64,000 nucleotides of DNA from Mobula hypostoma (GCF_963921235.1 NC_086106.1:25730001-25794000); one strand, 5' to 3'. Numbered from the stretch's first letter, positions 26,740 to 41,360 are shown. Program-made: numbers and translations. Notes: generated by a model not told the origin, from the letters alone.

Positions 26740-29406
26740 AATGGGTAGGAGGGGTGGCATTACTGCGTGGGATACTATTACAGCTACAGAAAGTGTGGGT
26801 AATGTAGTAGGATCCTCTTTTGAGTCAGTATGGGTGGAAGTCAAGAACAGGAAGGGAGCAGTGACTCAATTGGAGGTATTCTATAGGCTCCCTGGTAGCA
26901 GCAGAGATGCAGCGGAGCACATTGGGAGGCAAATTTTGGAAAGGTGCAAAGGTAACATTGTTGTTATCATGGGTGACTTTAACTTCCCTAATATTGATTG
27001 GCACCTGATTAGCTCCAAGGGTTTAGATGGGGCAGAGATTGTTATGTGCGTCAGGACGGATTCCTGTCACAGTATGTGGACAGGCCGACTAGGGGGAATG
27101 CCATACTAGATCTGGTAATAGGTAATGAACCGGGTCAGCTCACAGATCTCTCAGTAGGTGAGCATCTGGGGGACAGTGCCCACCGTTCCCTGGCCTTTAG
27201 CATTATCTTGGAAAAGGATAGAATCAGAGACAGCAGGATATTTTTTTTAATTGGGGAAGGGCAAATTATGAGCCTATAAGGCTAGAACTTCCGTGTGTGA
27301 ATTGCGATGATGTTTTTGCAGGGAAATGTACTATGGGCATGTGGTCGATGTTTAGAGATCTCTTGCAGGATGTTTGGGATAAAGTTGACCCGGTGAGGAA
27401 GATAAAGAATGGTAAGGTGAAGGAACCATGGGTGACAAGTGAGGTAGAAAATCTAGTCAGGTGGAAGAAGGCAGCATACATGAGGTTTAGGAAGCAAGGA
27501 TCAGATGGGTCTATTGAGGAATATAGGGAAGTAATAAAGGAGCTTAAGAAGGGGCTGAGAAGTGCAAGAAGGGAGCATGAGAGGGCCTTGGCGAGTAGGG
27601 TAAAGGAAAACCCCAAGGCATTCTTCAATTATGTGAAGAAAAAAAGGATGATTGGCGTGAAGGTAGAACCGATTAGAGATAAAGGTGGGAAGATGTGCCT
27701 GGAAGCTGTGGAAGTGAGCGAGGTCCTCAATGAATACTTCTCTTCGGTATTCACCAATAAGTGGGAACTTGATGATGGTGAAGACAATCCGAGTGAGGTT
27801 GATGTTCTGAAGCATGTTCATATTAAGGGAGAGGAGCTGTTGGAGTTGTTAAAATACATCAGAACGGATAAGTCCCCGGGACCTGACGGAATATTCCCCA
27901 GGCTGCTCCACGAGGCGAGGGAAGAGATTGCTGAGCCTCTGCCTCGGATCCTTATGTCCTCGTTGTCCACGGTAATGGTACCGTGGGATTGGAGGGAGGC
28001 GAATGTGGTCCCCTTGTTCAAAAAAGGTAGTAGGGATAGTCCGTGTAATTATAGACCAATGAGCCTTACGTCTCTGGTGGGAAAGCTGCTGGAAAAGATT
28101 CTTAGAGATAGGATCTCTGGGCATTTAGAGATTCATGGTCTGATCAGGGACAGTCAGCATCACTTTTTGAAGGGAAGATCGTATCTAACAAGCCAGATAA
28201 ACTTCTTTGAGAAGGTGACAAGGCATATAGATGAGGGTAGCGCAGTGAACGTGATCTATATGGATTTTATAAGGCATTTGGCAAGGTTCTACACGGTAGG
28301 CTTATTCAGAAAGTCAGAAGGCATGGTATCCCGAGAGGTTTGGCAAGGTGGATTCAGAATTGGCTTGCCTACAGAAGGCAGAGGGTCATGGTGGAGGGAG
28401 TACATTCATATTGGAGGATTGTGACTAGTGGTATCCCACAAGGATCTGTTCTGGGAACTCTACTTTTCGTAATTTTTATTAACGACCTGGATGTTGTGGT
28501 AGAAGGACAGGTTGGCAAGTTTGAGGACGACACAAAGGTTGGTGGTGTTGTAGATAGTGTACAGGAATGTCGCAGATTGCAGAGAGATATTGATAGGATG
28601 CAGAAAGGGGCTGAGAAGTGGCAGATGGAGTACAACCCGGAGACGTGTGAGGTGCTACACTTTGGAAGGACAAACTTCATAGCAGGATACAATGTAAATG
28701 GCAGGATACTTGGTAGTGTGGAGGACAGAGGGATCTGGGGTACATCTCCACAGATCCCTGAAAGTTACCTCACGGGTGGATAGGGTAGTTAAGAAAGTTT
28801 ATGGGGTGTTAGCTTTAATAAGTCGAGGGATAGAGTTTAAGAGTCGCAATATAATGATGCAGCTCGAAAAAAAAACTCTGGTTAGTCCACACTTGGAGTA
28901 CTGTTTCCATTTCTGGTCGCCTTAATATAGGAAGGATGTGGAAGCATTGGAAAGGGTACAGAGAAGATTTACCAGGATGCTGCCTGTTTTAGAGAGTATG
29001 CATTATGATCAGAGATTAAGGGAGCTAGGGCTTTCCTCTTTGGAGAGAAGGAGGATGACAAGAGACATGACAGAGGTGTACAAGATAATAAGAGGAATAG
29101 ATAGAGTGGATAGCCAGCTCCTCTTCCCCAGGGCACCACTGCTCAATACAAGAGAACTTGGCTTTAAGGTAAGGGGTGGGAAGTTTAGGTGGGTTATTAG
29201 AGGAAGGTTTTTTATTCAGAGAGTGGTTCGTGCGTGGAATGAACTGCCTGAGTCAGTGGCGGAGGCAGACACACGAGTGAAGCTTAAGAGACTACTGGAC
29301 AGGTATATGGAGGAATTTGTACGGGAGGTAGGATTTGGGGGTCGGCACAACATTTTGGGCCGAAGGGCCTGCACTGTGCTGCACAATTCTATGTTCTGTG
29401 TTCTAT
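26740..29406 (+). mobile_element. 5'-truncated CR1 LINE, comparatively well preserved ORF2
   Basis: VIMGDFNFPNIDW; DKSPGPDGIFPR; NYRPMSLTS; GIPQGSVLG; FEDDTK; LERVQRRFTRM; TTCTATGTTCT tail; broken by frameshifts. Confidence 0.95.
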
Positions 29407-29518
29407 CGCCCTGATGAAATGGACCTCGAGACCCTCATTGATTTGTGTTCATCTCTTAAAGCGCCCCCTCCACCCATGGCCTGTTTTTAGGGTTCTTGCA
29501 TCTCCCAGCGACAATATG

Positions 29519-29960
29519 AATTCCAGGATACAAATGTACACGCCGGAGTCCGATAGGGGAACCGCGAGGATACAGAGATATTGAAATGAACCATACTCCT
29601 ATCTTGCTGCAGAAAAGCTGTAAAGGTCAGGGCTCATTCTAGAGATTGTTACTCCTTTGTGTTGTACTGCTTCAGCAAGTATCTTAGACGTTCTCCTCGA
29701 TGCTCAATATAAAAAAGAATACACCTATTTTAGATCGAGTAATTTCAGTTGTATAATATTGGCTGCGATGCTTAGCAGTTAATTTAGGAGTCTATTGCGC
29801 TACTGAATCTTTCCGAGTGAAAACCCGTAATAAAGGACGGAATGTCTGGACAGCCTAACTTCACATTGAACTGTATACATACACGCTGGTCATTTTTTGC
29901 ACAGATTCATCGTACTGCATGATATATATGACAGTCGGGAAAAGAGGAAGCACTGCCGTC
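29519..29960 (-). pseudogene. Degraded TCR V pseudogene
   Basis: KDSVAQ..FYIEHRGERLRYLLKQY..FNIS..SDSGVYIC; many stops; heptamer CATATTG. Confidence 0.7.
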
Positions 29961-31049
29961 GTCGTTGATAAAATCATTCTGCTATTTAACACAGTTTTAG
30001 CGATACTGGAGAATGATGTCAGACCCACCTTGAATCTATCTTGATCAAAAATAGCACCGATCAGAATGGCCTTTGACTTTAATCCAGTGTCACTGTCTGC
30101 CTGTGTGTCTCATCCCTCATATTCCGTCTCCCTTCTCACCACACCTCTGTCACACACACTAACTCTCTTCCTTAGAATTTAATAACAGTTACTTGAATTA
30201 AGCGAATATTGATTCCAGAATAAAACAGAAATTAAGAAAAACATTGAAGTTCCAAGTATTTTAAAATCTGAAGTTCGTAATGCAATAAGTAAGATTAAGA
30301 AAGGAAACGATGCTTTTTATCACCGTCCTGTCGAGGTGTTTCAGCTCAAAATTCCAACTCGACTTTTGTATAATTCTTGACTCTCCTGCTCAGTTCTTCC
30401 AGCATTAGGTGTGTGTTGACCTAATGGTAAATTCAATTCAATAAATAAGACTCTTTTACTGCTCTGATCAGCTCAACAAGTGAGGGAAGAGGGTCGCGAT
30501 TTTTACGAGACATTTGGAGGCTTAAAGCAATCATTTCATATGTCTATGGGCCCTTCGCCGCTTGGTTCTTCATTGCTTGATTTACCACAGCAGGTTGAAT
30601 ATTCCGTCTGCGCCGCAAGCAAAGCAGCTAACTATCTGAAAAATAAGGCAGTAAAATCTCCCCTTCCGCTTGGAGTATGCTTCTAAACGCCGCCATCAGC
30701 TCCACTGGGCTTCACGCCGTGCAAACAAAAACTTCCTTCTAACGTTAGCATGTAACACGCGGAAGTGGGAAGAGGATTCTCTTACATGAAAGAGCGCACC
30801 ATATCAGCAGCCGAACATTTGAGACTCTCTGTCTGTCGTTGTCTTTGTACATATCAGAGACAGCCACTCATCGGACATCTGAGAGGTCTGCTCCATCCAA
30901 TATTCCTCCTCCGCCTCTCGGGGATGTGCTTCCCTCCCTTTACCATTATCAGCCTACGATGACATTGTTTCTCTGCCGGTGTATTTTGCCATTAATGTGG
31001 TAGGGATATAAGCGCTGATACCAACTCAGAATATTTCCCCTCGCTAGAG

Positions 31050-31245
31050 GATTCATTAGACCTTCCACATCAGACAACTCCTTCCCTTCACTCCGAAGCA
31101 ACGAGATCAATTTGTCTTTGAAGTCTCCAACCTCAGCTACGGGAAACTCGGGTTCCAATTCGGTAGTCTCACTTCCACTGCCCTCCTCTCTGTAGGCATG
31201 GGCCAGCTTCTCCCGGGACCACAACAGCACGAGGCTAAGCAACTG
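31050..31245 (-). mobile_element. Possible PNMA-like Gypsy gag fragment
   Basis: DFKDKLISLLRSEGKELSDV resembles, from memory, fish PNMA-type gag; needs a search. Confidence 0.3.
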
Positions 31246-31279
31246 CCGTCACAACTTCCCTAGCCTGGACGAAAACGAA

Positions 31280-31470
31280 ATTGTTGCTCGCTGCTTAGAC
31301 AAACTGTCTACGTCACTGAACTTTGGTCCATCGGATTTTGCAACGAAAGGCAGTGTCATTCAGCATTCCGGGAGGGTGCTTAACCCTGGAAATTCTGAGG
31401 TACTATGAGAAACTCACCAGACACAATTACTATGATAACCAGAAATAGCACCCTGATCTGGATCAGCTGG
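31280..31470 (-). pseudogene. Leader plus FR1 remnant of a V segment
   Basis: Hydrophobic leader ending TCTG|GTGAGT, then TCAGTGACGTAG (SVT*); rest of the V missing. Confidence 0.5.
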
Positions 31471-33493
31471 GTTCCTATAAAATCGTGTTTATTACCAATT
31501 CTAGCCTGTCTGTTTGTAATTAGCTCCGCCGAACTCTTTCTTCCTCGCTTCCTTTAATTCTTTATTTTTTCATTCGCCTCCCTTCCGTTACTTCCTATGA
31601 CTTCTTGTTTATTTCACACTGCGCCGTCCTCTTTACCACAGCTTCGTTATCGCCATGCTATTCCAAACCTCTATCTCTCTCTCTCCCCTCTCTTTCTTTC
31701 TCTCTCTCTCTCTTCCTCTCTCCCACTCTCTCTCTCTTTCTCTCTTTCTCTTTCCCTTTTGCCCCTCTCAATTTAACTTTTCAGGTTCTTTACGGTCTTA
31801 CCTATTTCTTTTTCCGTGTACATCACTCGGTTCCTCTACTCCATCACTCCCAAATTCTTAGGAACTAGACGGTTGCTCAAGTGGAAGAGTAACATTCACC
31901 ATGAGTGGGATAACTACCCTGTGTGAACTACTGACACTAATAAATTTCAATATTTCGTTGCACTTCATTGGATTGTAGCAGAGAGGGGAACAAAATGCAG
32001 ATCACGATATATATAATTATGTGGGTTTTCTTTTAGATAATGCACTTCTAATCGACAGTATTTTGCACGACCGAGTTTGAGTCCCACACTTGCTGACTGA
32101 GGTAATTTCAAATAAGATTAGACGGTACAGTGTGATTTTATTAAGACTCATTTGAATGAAAGTTTGAATCAGAAAATCAAAGAATTTGTTAAAAGTGCAA
32201 ATAACAACGTAATACTGAAACAATTACTGGACATAAATAGAAATACTCAGTCTGCCTGGAAACGACTTTGGAGATTAAAGTTTCCAACCTTTGCTGGGGA
32301 CTGTGTACTCATTTAGGCAGTGTGATCAATGGGATTGTTTCATGCATAACACGAGGTTAAAATGATAGTTGTAAACTATCAAGTTAGAAGTTTGAAAACA
32401 GATGCTTTCATTCTGTTCTCCTTACTTCGACAGTAAACTGAACATTCTGTCTGTTCCCTTTTCCAGTCGTGCAGGTAATACATTGTGTACAGAGATAGTT
32501 TCTGCTCTGCGTTTTTCAGAGTAATGGGCTGCAGGATGAGATAGTCTGTTAACCCCCAATGCACTAGTTGTGGTCTTACTCTTTGCTACAATGCATTATT
32601 TTGTTACTTTCTTCTGCGTTCCAAAAGTGTTTATCTTATACTATCTCATCACACAGTGCAATGAAATGATCTGTATGATCGGAACCAATTCAACATTTCA
32701 CACTGTGTTGGCACATTTCATCTTTTAATAAACGCAACTCTAACTTCGATATTTAACAAGACATTGGAAGGACGCCGTTGTCAGTGAAATATCTATTCTA
32801 GATAAATTAAACAATCTTGTTTTGTCTTATCTTGTCACTCCTATTCCTTCTTCACAGATCTATCACAATTGTATCCTCTATATGTATCATACTATAGATC
32901 CATAGGTTGTGTAACTTATGTAAATAATCAATAAAATGATAAATATTTGTCACAACATCTTAGCTTTCAGTGGCATACCATTGTTATGCAGAGTCAAACG
33001 GAGGAACACTGATTTTTCCCACTGCCTGATTTTCGTTATTGTATCAATGTCAATAGATTCCACATGAGCTTTGGCCTTGATCTGTAGCTGTTGATGTTGC
33101 ACCGCATTCAATGTTTTCTATTTCCAGGTTCCACGATAACCTCACTGTTGTTTCCGCAAGAATCCCTAACAATCAGGCAAAAGACAACGTTGAATATAGT
33201 TGACAACCGTGATATGGCATCCCATGCAAAAAAAATGTATTTAGATACTATAGATATACAAGAAATATAATGTAATGGTTTCATTTGAGTTGAATGCAAG
33301 AATAGTACTCAAGCTTGACAGCTATTGCGACCGAGCGACGCCACTTTAAGTCGACCACATAACCTTACTAATATCTGTGTCCGCTTCTTGCAGTTAATTG
33401 GCAAAACAGGCCCGTCCCTGACATTTATTGAATCACCAAGAACTGCCTTATTTTTGTTCTTGTCCATTCCCGAGGTTTCCCTGCAAGAGCGTG

Positions 33494-34147
33494 GATCCTC
33501 ATAACCCAGAGGAACATGGTGCAGTGCAACAAAGAGCTCCAAGATATTCTTGGCGTTAACACTATCAGGACATTATGGAGGGCGCTCGAAATTTTCCTGC
33601 GATTATTTGAGAGATTCCTCGTAATGCTGATTGTACTAAAAGTAGTTACGCCAGCGCTATTGTGTTCTCGCTTTCTCAAACTTTAGTTGAAGGGAACTCT
33701 AAATCGCTGATTTCCTTCACTCAAGAAAATGTAGAATATTGGAAGATGCCTGGCTTGCACTAATCTAACTAGCAATCAGTTGGACGCCACTTCCCGACAT
33801 TCGTTAGGCAAAAGGCCAATACAAACTAGAAGGAACAAAGGAGTGGCGCATGGCGTCGGGTTTCTGACTCTGTCGAAAGGCAGTCTAGTTTCCAAGTAGC
33901 TACTTTTAATTGACAGATATTGGAAATCGCTGGTATAAGTAAAATTCAATGTTATGTTCATTTCTTTCTTCGAGCGTTAATTCGGGAGGGTCCTGTTTCA
34001 TTAAATCTTCCCTCTTGCTTCTGCAAGAAAGAACTCATGTAGGAGTATCCCAGGTTTGCAATAAAACCACGAGCCACTGATTGTCCATCACAGAGACTCA
34101 CCGTACAGAACAGATAATGTAATTAGTAAGGAACAGAAGGGACCTAT
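33494..34147 (-). pseudogene. TCR V pseudogene with ~230-bp insertion after CDR1; RSS 33455-33493
   Basis: Leader with GTGAGT donor; QDPPELTLEE..NITLN; FR2 remnant YNQHYEES; RSS CACGCTC-23-ACAAGAACA. Confidence 0.7.
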
Positions 34148-34869
34148 AGTGTTGGCAAAGGCAGCAGATCAGAAGCTAAATTGTAGGGTGAGAATGGATC
34201 AGCGAAATCGGTCTCCGTGGGGATGACTTGGGGCGTTTCTCTGCTAAAGTATTAGATGATAAAGCGGAATTGGACTTATTTAGGCAGAAATCAGCATCCA
34301 CTTTCGTTCTTTTCCTCTCTGCTATTTTTTCCGTTCCATCAATCATCGAAGTCATCAGGGAATCTGATAACTATCGCTGCCCTACAGTCTCCCTGCACCC
34401 TACATGCCTACCTTTCCACAAGTGTTTAATTTTGTCGTTCCCTCTCTACCGTTGGTGATCTTCCTCTCATGCTCCCTGCTCGGTTGCAGTCGCTGTAGCA
34501 TTGAGTTATTGAGGCTCCAAGACAAATGGGTGACATGGTCGAGTGTTCAAGATGGATTAAATTTCTAATGCCTCTACATACGGGGGTTCCAATCCCACCG
34601 TGGTCTGTTGAAGTAATTTCTGCTCTTGTTTATCGGTGTCGGTGAATTTACATTTTTTTGAATGAAGAGAATGGACGTTTAAATCCGAAGTGACGTCTAA
34701 CGGGGACTCCTTTGCTTGCAACTTCGGAAGCAGCTCTACTTCCTTCTTTAATATTTCTTTTTTTTTTTTTTTGCCCTCTTCCAGGGTTCTTTTGAAGAGC
34801 CTGACCCAGAGTTGCATGCTGACTTCAGTTCTTTGCGGAAATGGGGCGCGCTCCCGGTGATCCACGACT

Positions 34870-35475
34870 GTGGCCGTTATTCGATATCAAGGATGCGGCC
34901 TAAGAGATTAGTGGCTCCGGAGACGGGCGGACCGAAGGTCGGTGTCTCTGCAGGAATCCGGTGTATCCATTGCACCGCAGAACGAAAACAGCGAGTTGGC
35001 TGCCGGCTGTGTGCCCCTAGACTCTCTTTATTTTGGCACAGAGCTCGGAAAACGGACTTTTGACATCGCAAATCGCCGATGATTCCTATGTCTCCCATCT
35101 GAATGTGAAACGGAGACATCTCTTTCTCCCTTATAAATGAGAGAGAGACCTGTAGTACATTCAAACCGGGTGAACAAATAGTCTTTCGGGTGGTGCAAGT
35201 CTGTGTCTCTGCTGACGCTTTGCTGCTCGCTAAAGTGCACGGTGGCGGGTGACGGTGTTTTTTTTTGGTGGAGGAGAGGGGATAGTTGATTTGCTGCTCT
35301 TTACGCGTTGGACCAAGGAGCTGGGGGTGGTCTTTGGGGTTCTAACATTTAAATTTCGCTCATTCTTTGGGGGCACTCCTCTGTTTTTCCTGGATGGCTG
35401 CGAAGAAAAAAGATTTTAGGATGTATATGGCATATATTTCTCTCACATTAGTTGTACCTTTGAAGCCTTTGAAAT
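34870..35475 (+). mobile_element. Non-autonomous retroposon-like repeat
   Basis: GC-rich body ending in a CCTTTGAAGCCTTTGAA-type tail; family not assigned. Confidence 0.4.
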
Positions 35476-36494
35476 CTAATTAGTGTTGACAAAAGGAGAA
35501 ATAGAGACACATGACTTGAAATATTCAGCTCGTCTAAAAAGGTCTGAGGGGAGAGGACGTTCAGGCTTTACATCAGCAGGTTCTCCTGTAAAGGGCACCA
35601 GCGCGAAAAAAGTAATCTCATAGATATTATATTTATCAGGATGGCCATTGCTGATCCAGGGTGAGAAGGTTAACGTGATTACGGTCCTCCTTAGATCAAT
35701 TATTCGTAAAAGTCAACGTGGAAGAGCACAGCCTTTCCAAATCAGCCTGAAGTATACTATATCTGTTTTGAACAGAAGAGAGCAGTGAGGTTACGATCCA
35801 CACAGAGATCTTCCAATGCACATGAAGCCACAGTCAGCGCCGTGGACGTAAGTTCCATCATCAGCAGAGTGAACCCGTGGAAAGTACCTGGACTGGGTGG
35901 TGTCTAAGCCACTGTGGTTAGTTGCCGCACAACTCAGTTCGCGGGGCTACATGCAGAACATTTTCTCCTCGTCCCACTTCAATATCAGTCTCCCACCTGG
36001 CTTAGAAGATCACTATTAAGTTTGCTCCTCAGGAAAAACATAAAGTAAGTCTTATTGACCACCGGCCAGTGACTCTGAATCTCTGAATCCATCATCATTA
36101 CGTGATAATGGCACAGATTAACTCCAGCTATCCAGCCAAACTCGACCCACTACTGTTCACTACTGCCAAAGCAATTCAACAGTGGACGCCAGCTTCCTAG
36201 TCTTACATGCATCTACAGGTGGGCGTTAAGCGAACCCACATTCGCTAGACAGCTGTTATCGGCTGTGCTATGTAAAGTCCCAGTTTGGGTGCGCGTTGTA
36301 ATCAGGAACAGTTCCTTTAGCTGCGGCGCCCTGTGCTGCTGATTGCAGCGCTCTGAAGTAAGGCAGGAAACCATGGCTGATTTCCGGGTGCGCCCTTCCC
36401 ACTTTCTGGGCAAAAAGAGGTCCTCCACTGAGAGCATTTTTCATTATTCAGGACTTGTTTCTTGTCCGGATCTCCATCTGCATTCAACTTTATG

Positions 36495-36928
36495 ATACTC
36501 ATTGCACAAAGATGCATGCTGGAGACCAAAACATGAGCTTAAACGATCTTCAGTTGAGCTGTCTTGCTGCCTTTCTGCAGACTAGCGGTGAATCTCACTG
36601 GGCAATCTGGACGCCGCTCCATTCTTCCTGTGCTATACACCGCCAGCAAATAATTTGCAGGTTTTCCACAATGCTGAATCCACCAAAACGTATCTGCACC
36701 ATCGTTGGTATAATTACAGTTCAGTGTTATGGTCTGTCATTTTTCAGCCGTTACGTCGGGAGGATCTTGCGTCACTGACTCATTAATCTACTCGTTCCTG
36801 CAATAAAGGGCAGAATACATCAACATCGCTGTCATGTACTGAACGCCGGAGAAATTCACTGGCCGCCTTCGCAAAGACTCATCAGGCAGCACAGCCAATG
36901 CAAACACTAATGAACAGAAGGAAATCAT
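36495..36928 (-). pseudogene. TCR V pseudogene (family A)
   Basis: Donor GT>AT; frameshift; TGA and TAA stops; ..MERRPDCPVRF..HLCAMS; heptamer CATAAAG. Confidence 0.9.
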
Positions 36929-38180
36929 GCTGTCTAATTTCTTGCTGCATCGACCGGCAGCCTCCTTCCAGGTCGTAAGTATCACTTAGCAGTTACGGTT
37001 GTGTGGATCGTTGAAGCGGTACCGTTTTTTATGTGTAAAACCGGGGACATTTCCCTGGTTGAGGAATTCGCTAACACTAAGAACCGAGCCTTTCTGAGCG
37101 CCATCAGAATCCGTTTTGTTTCCATTCGTCATTCTGGGTTTTTCTCCGCTCATTCAAGGTCCCGCGTCCACACCCCCCTCCCCACCCCCGCCCTATCCCG
37201 TCTCTCTGTCTCTGTTTCTCTCTGTCTCACACACTCTCTTTCTCGGTGTGCCCAACTGCCTCCGCCCCGTTCTCTGCAAAATCACAGCATATTCACATAG
37301 TTATCGATGTGTAATCCAAATCAGTTATGAATTTCCACGTGGTCACTTCGTCGTCTTCGTCAATATTACGCTGGAAGTATTTATTTAGCCATTTGTTTAT
37401 TTAGTTAGTTATTTGGAGGTATATCCCATAATTGTCTCTTAGATCAACATTTATCAGTCTTCCGGCATTGAACTAGTTATTCAATATTGGCAAGTGTTCA
37501 TCTGGTTGTTCCCTAATCTTTGTCCGCTCTTAGGGTGCCAATCTCCTATCCATGCCAATAGACTCCTGATAGCATCCTTTAAGCAGCCACCCCTCCTTTC
37601 GTTAAAAAAAAAAATCTCACATCTGGCAGCCACCTTGTAGTTTCTTCCCATCGTCTTAAAATATCGTCCTCTCGCCTGACTCATTTCCACCCTCAGGCCA
37701 AATCGCTGGTTGTCCACGCTATCTTTGAGGAAGCTAATGTTAATAGACGCCACCTAAAATGTATCTTCATCTAAGCATGTAGTGTTACAGCTAATAGGAT
37801 GCTGTCTGGTCATATACACCCTCAGTGTCTTCAGGTTGCAATCATCTTCACTGCTAATCCCTCAAGGTGGTGGAAAATGATGTCAGCAAAAAAAAAAAAT
37901 AGCCACAAGATATTGGTAGAGGCAAGAAAGGGAGACATGGTCACCGAGATGTAGTGGAAATGTTCCAGAAAACTGCCACGATATCTCTAGGTAAAGCTAA
38001 ATTTAAGAAGTGTTCCACAAAGTTGGGCGCATTTTGCTGCTGAAAACCGTGTTTTAAGTTGACCACGTGATCCTCATGCTCTGCGCGTGCAGCTGTTCCA
38101 GTTTCCCAGCAAAAGTCCCCCTCTAGTGATCACACAAGGCTGGATGTTGCCCGTAACCGCTGTCGCACTGCAACACTGAG

Positions 38181-41100
38181 TGGTCCATTGCACAGAGGTA
38201 TACGCCAGAGTCCGGGAGAAGAATTCCAGGGATTTTAAATGAGCTTACTCTGCGTTTGTGCACATCAGCTGGCAACCTCGTCGAATATTCCGGAGGCCAT
38301 TATAGTGTTCCTGAGCCATATAGCTTCCGCAGTACTTTTCCGAAATTTCCGCAATGCTGAGTGTATCAAAAATATTTGCATGAATTCGTGTATAATTTCA
38401 GTGTTATGATCTGGCTTTCGTCAGAAATGAATTTAGGAGCATCCTACATCATTCAATTGTTCCCTCTCGTTCCTGCAATGAGGGGCATAATGCAGGAATA
38501 TCCCGGACTTAGACCGTAAGACCAAAAGACAAAGGATCAGAAGTCGGCTATTCGGTCCATCGAGTCCGCTCCCCCATTTTATCATGATCTGATCCATTCT
38601 CCCATTTAGTCCCGCTCCCCCGTCTTCTCACCATAACCTTTCATGCCCTGGCTACCCAGATAACATCAATCTCTGCCTTAAATACACCCAATGACTTGGC
38701 CTCCACTGCTGCCCGTGGCAACAGGTTCCATAGATTCACCACCCTCTTCGCATTTCTGTTCTGAATGGGGGTCCCTTAATACTTAAGTCATGCCCTCTCG
38801 TACTAGAGTCCCCCATCATGAGAAACATCTTTGCCACATCTACTCTGTCCATGCCTTTCAACATTCGAAATCTCTCTATGAGGTCTCCCCTCATACTTCT
38901 GAACTCCAAGGGATACAGTGCAAGAGCGGACAAACGTTCCTCATATGTTAACCCTCTCATTCCCGAAATCATTCTAGTGAATCTTCTCTGTACCCTCTCC
39001 AAAGTCAGCACATCCTTTCTTAAATAAGGAGACCAAAACTGCCCACAGTACTCCAAGTGAGGTCTCAGCAGCGCCTTAAAGAGCCTCAACATCGCATCCC
39101 TGTTCCTATACTCTATTCCTCTAGAAATGAATGCCAACATTGCATTCGCCTTCTTCACCACCGACTCACCCTGGAGGTTAACCTTAAGTGTATCCTGCAC
39201 GAGGACTCCCAAGTCCCGTTGCATCTCAGAACTTTGAATTCTCTCCCTATTTAAATAATAGTCTGCCCGTTTATTTCTTCTGCCAAAGTGCATAACCATA
39301 CACTTTCCAACATTGTATTTTATTTGCCACTTCTTTGTCCATCCATCCAATCTATCCAAGTCTCTCTGCGGACTCTCCGTTTCCTCAGCACTACCGGCCC
39401 TTCCACCTATCGTCGTATCGTCAGCAAATTTAGCCACAAAGCCATCTATATCATAATCCAAATCGTTGATGTACAATGTAAAAAGAAGCGGTCCCAACAC
39501 GGTCCCTTGTGGAACACCACTGGTAACCGGCAGCCAACCAGCATAGGATCCCTTTATTCCCACTCTCTGTTTCCTGCCAAACAACCAAAGCTCTATCCAC
39601 GTATGTAACTTTCCCGTAATTCCATGGGTCTTATCTTGTTAAGTAGCCTCATGTGTGGCACCTTCTCAAAGGCCTTCTGATAATCCAAATATACAACATC
39701 CACTGCATCTCCCTTGTCTAGCCTACTTGTAATTTCCTCAAAAAATTGTAATAGGTTTGTCAAGCAGGATTTTCCTTTAAGGAATCCATGCTCAGTTCTA
39801 CCTATCTTGTCATTATGCCTCCAGGTAGTCTGTAACCTCATTCTTGACAATCGATTCCAAGAACTTACCAACCAGCGATGTCAAGCTAACAGGTCTATAA
39901 TTTCCTTTTTGCTTCCTTGCCCCCTTCTTAAATATCGGAGTGACATTTGCAAACTTCCAGACCTCCGGAACCATGCCAGAATCTGTCGACTTTTGAAAGA
40001 TCATCGCTAATGCCTCCGCAATCTCCACAGCTATTGCTTCAGAACACGAGGGTACATTCCGTCTGGTCCGGGTGACTTATCTACCCTTAGATTATTCAGC
40101 TTCTTGAGTACTTTCTCTGTCGTTATCGTGACTGCGCACACTTCTCTTCTCTGACACCACAGTGTGTCCGGTATATGCTGATGTCCTCCTCAGTGTAAAC
40201 TGATGCAAAATACTCGTTCGGTTCCTCCGCCATCTCCTTATCTCCCATTACAATTTCTCCAGCATCATTTTCTATCGGTCCTATTTCTACTCTCACCTGT
40301 CTTTTACTCTTTATATACTTGAAAAAGTTTTTAGTATCCTCTTTGATATTATTGGCTAGCTTCCTTTCATAGTTCATCTTTTTTCCCTCTTAATGGCCTT
40401 CTTAGTTTCCTTTTGTAAGCTTTTAAAAACTTCCCAGTCCTCTGTCTTCCCACTAATTTTTGCTTCCTTGTATACCCTCTCCTTTGCTTTAACTTTGGCT
40501 TTGACTCTCGTGTCAACAACGGTTGCATCCTTTTTCCATTCGAAAATTTCTTCTTTTTTGGAATATACCTGTCTTGCACGTTCCACACTTCTCGCATAAA
40601 CTCCAGCCACTGCTGTTCTGCCGTCTTTCCTTCCAGTGTCCCTTTGCAGTCAACTTTGGCCAGTTCCTCTCTCATGCCACTGTAATTTCCTTTACTGCAC
40701 TGAAATACCGACACATCAGATTTCGGCTTCTCTTTTTCAAATTTCACAGTAAACTCAATCATGTTATGATCACTGCCTCCTAAGGATTCCTTCACTTCAA
40801 TCTCTCTAATCATCTCTGGTTCATTACACAGTACCCAATCCAGTACAGCCGATCCCCCAGTGGGCTCAACAACAAGCTGTTCTAAAAAGCCATCTCGCAG
40901 ACATTGTACAAATTCTCTCTCTTGAGATCCAGTGGCGACCTGATTTTCCCAACCCACTCGCAAGTTAAAATCCCCCACAATTATCTTAACACTGCCCTTC
41001 TGGCAAGCCTTTTCTATTTCCTGCTGTAATTTGTAGTCCACATCACTGCAGCTCTTTGGAGGCCTATAAATAACTGCCATCAGGGTCCTTTTACACCTGC

Positions 41101-41360
41101 GATTTCTTAGCCCAACCTATAATGATTCTGCACCTTCCGACCCTATATCACCTCTTTCTAATGATTTAATATCATTTGTTACCAATAAAGCCACGTCTCT
41201 CCCTCTGTCTACCTTCCTATCCTTCAAATACACCGTGAACCCGTGGACGTTCATCTCCCAGAGACATGCATCCTTTAGCTACTGAACTAACGTGGCACTC
41301 GCTGGTCATGTATGCCGGATGACGAATGTAATCAATGATAAACGGAGGGAACACATACTC
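38181..41360 (-). pseudogene. TCR V pseudogene (family B); V exon 38472-38181, leader remnant ~41300-41360 beyond an intronic CR1
   Basis: Multiple stops; ends DSGVYLCAMD; heptamer CTCAGTG; intron and leader homology resume at 41281. Confidence 0.8.
38513..41270 (-). mobile_element. CR1 LINE inserted in a V intron
   Basis: ORFs 40367-41080 (endonuclease) and 38736-39584 (GVPQGTVLGP, FADDT); ACCGTAAGACC tail. Confidence 0.95.

Noticed and set aside
31015-31026. WYQ motif / TGGTATCAG (Ig FR2 or tRNA-iMet primer site) in ORF 30949-31242
   Set aside because: No Cys23 or other V framework in frame, and no adjacent LTR.
32652-32707. CACAGTG and CACTGTG heptamers about 40 bp apart, a possible D segment
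   Set aside because: Wrong order for a D and no nonamer at 12 or 23 bp.
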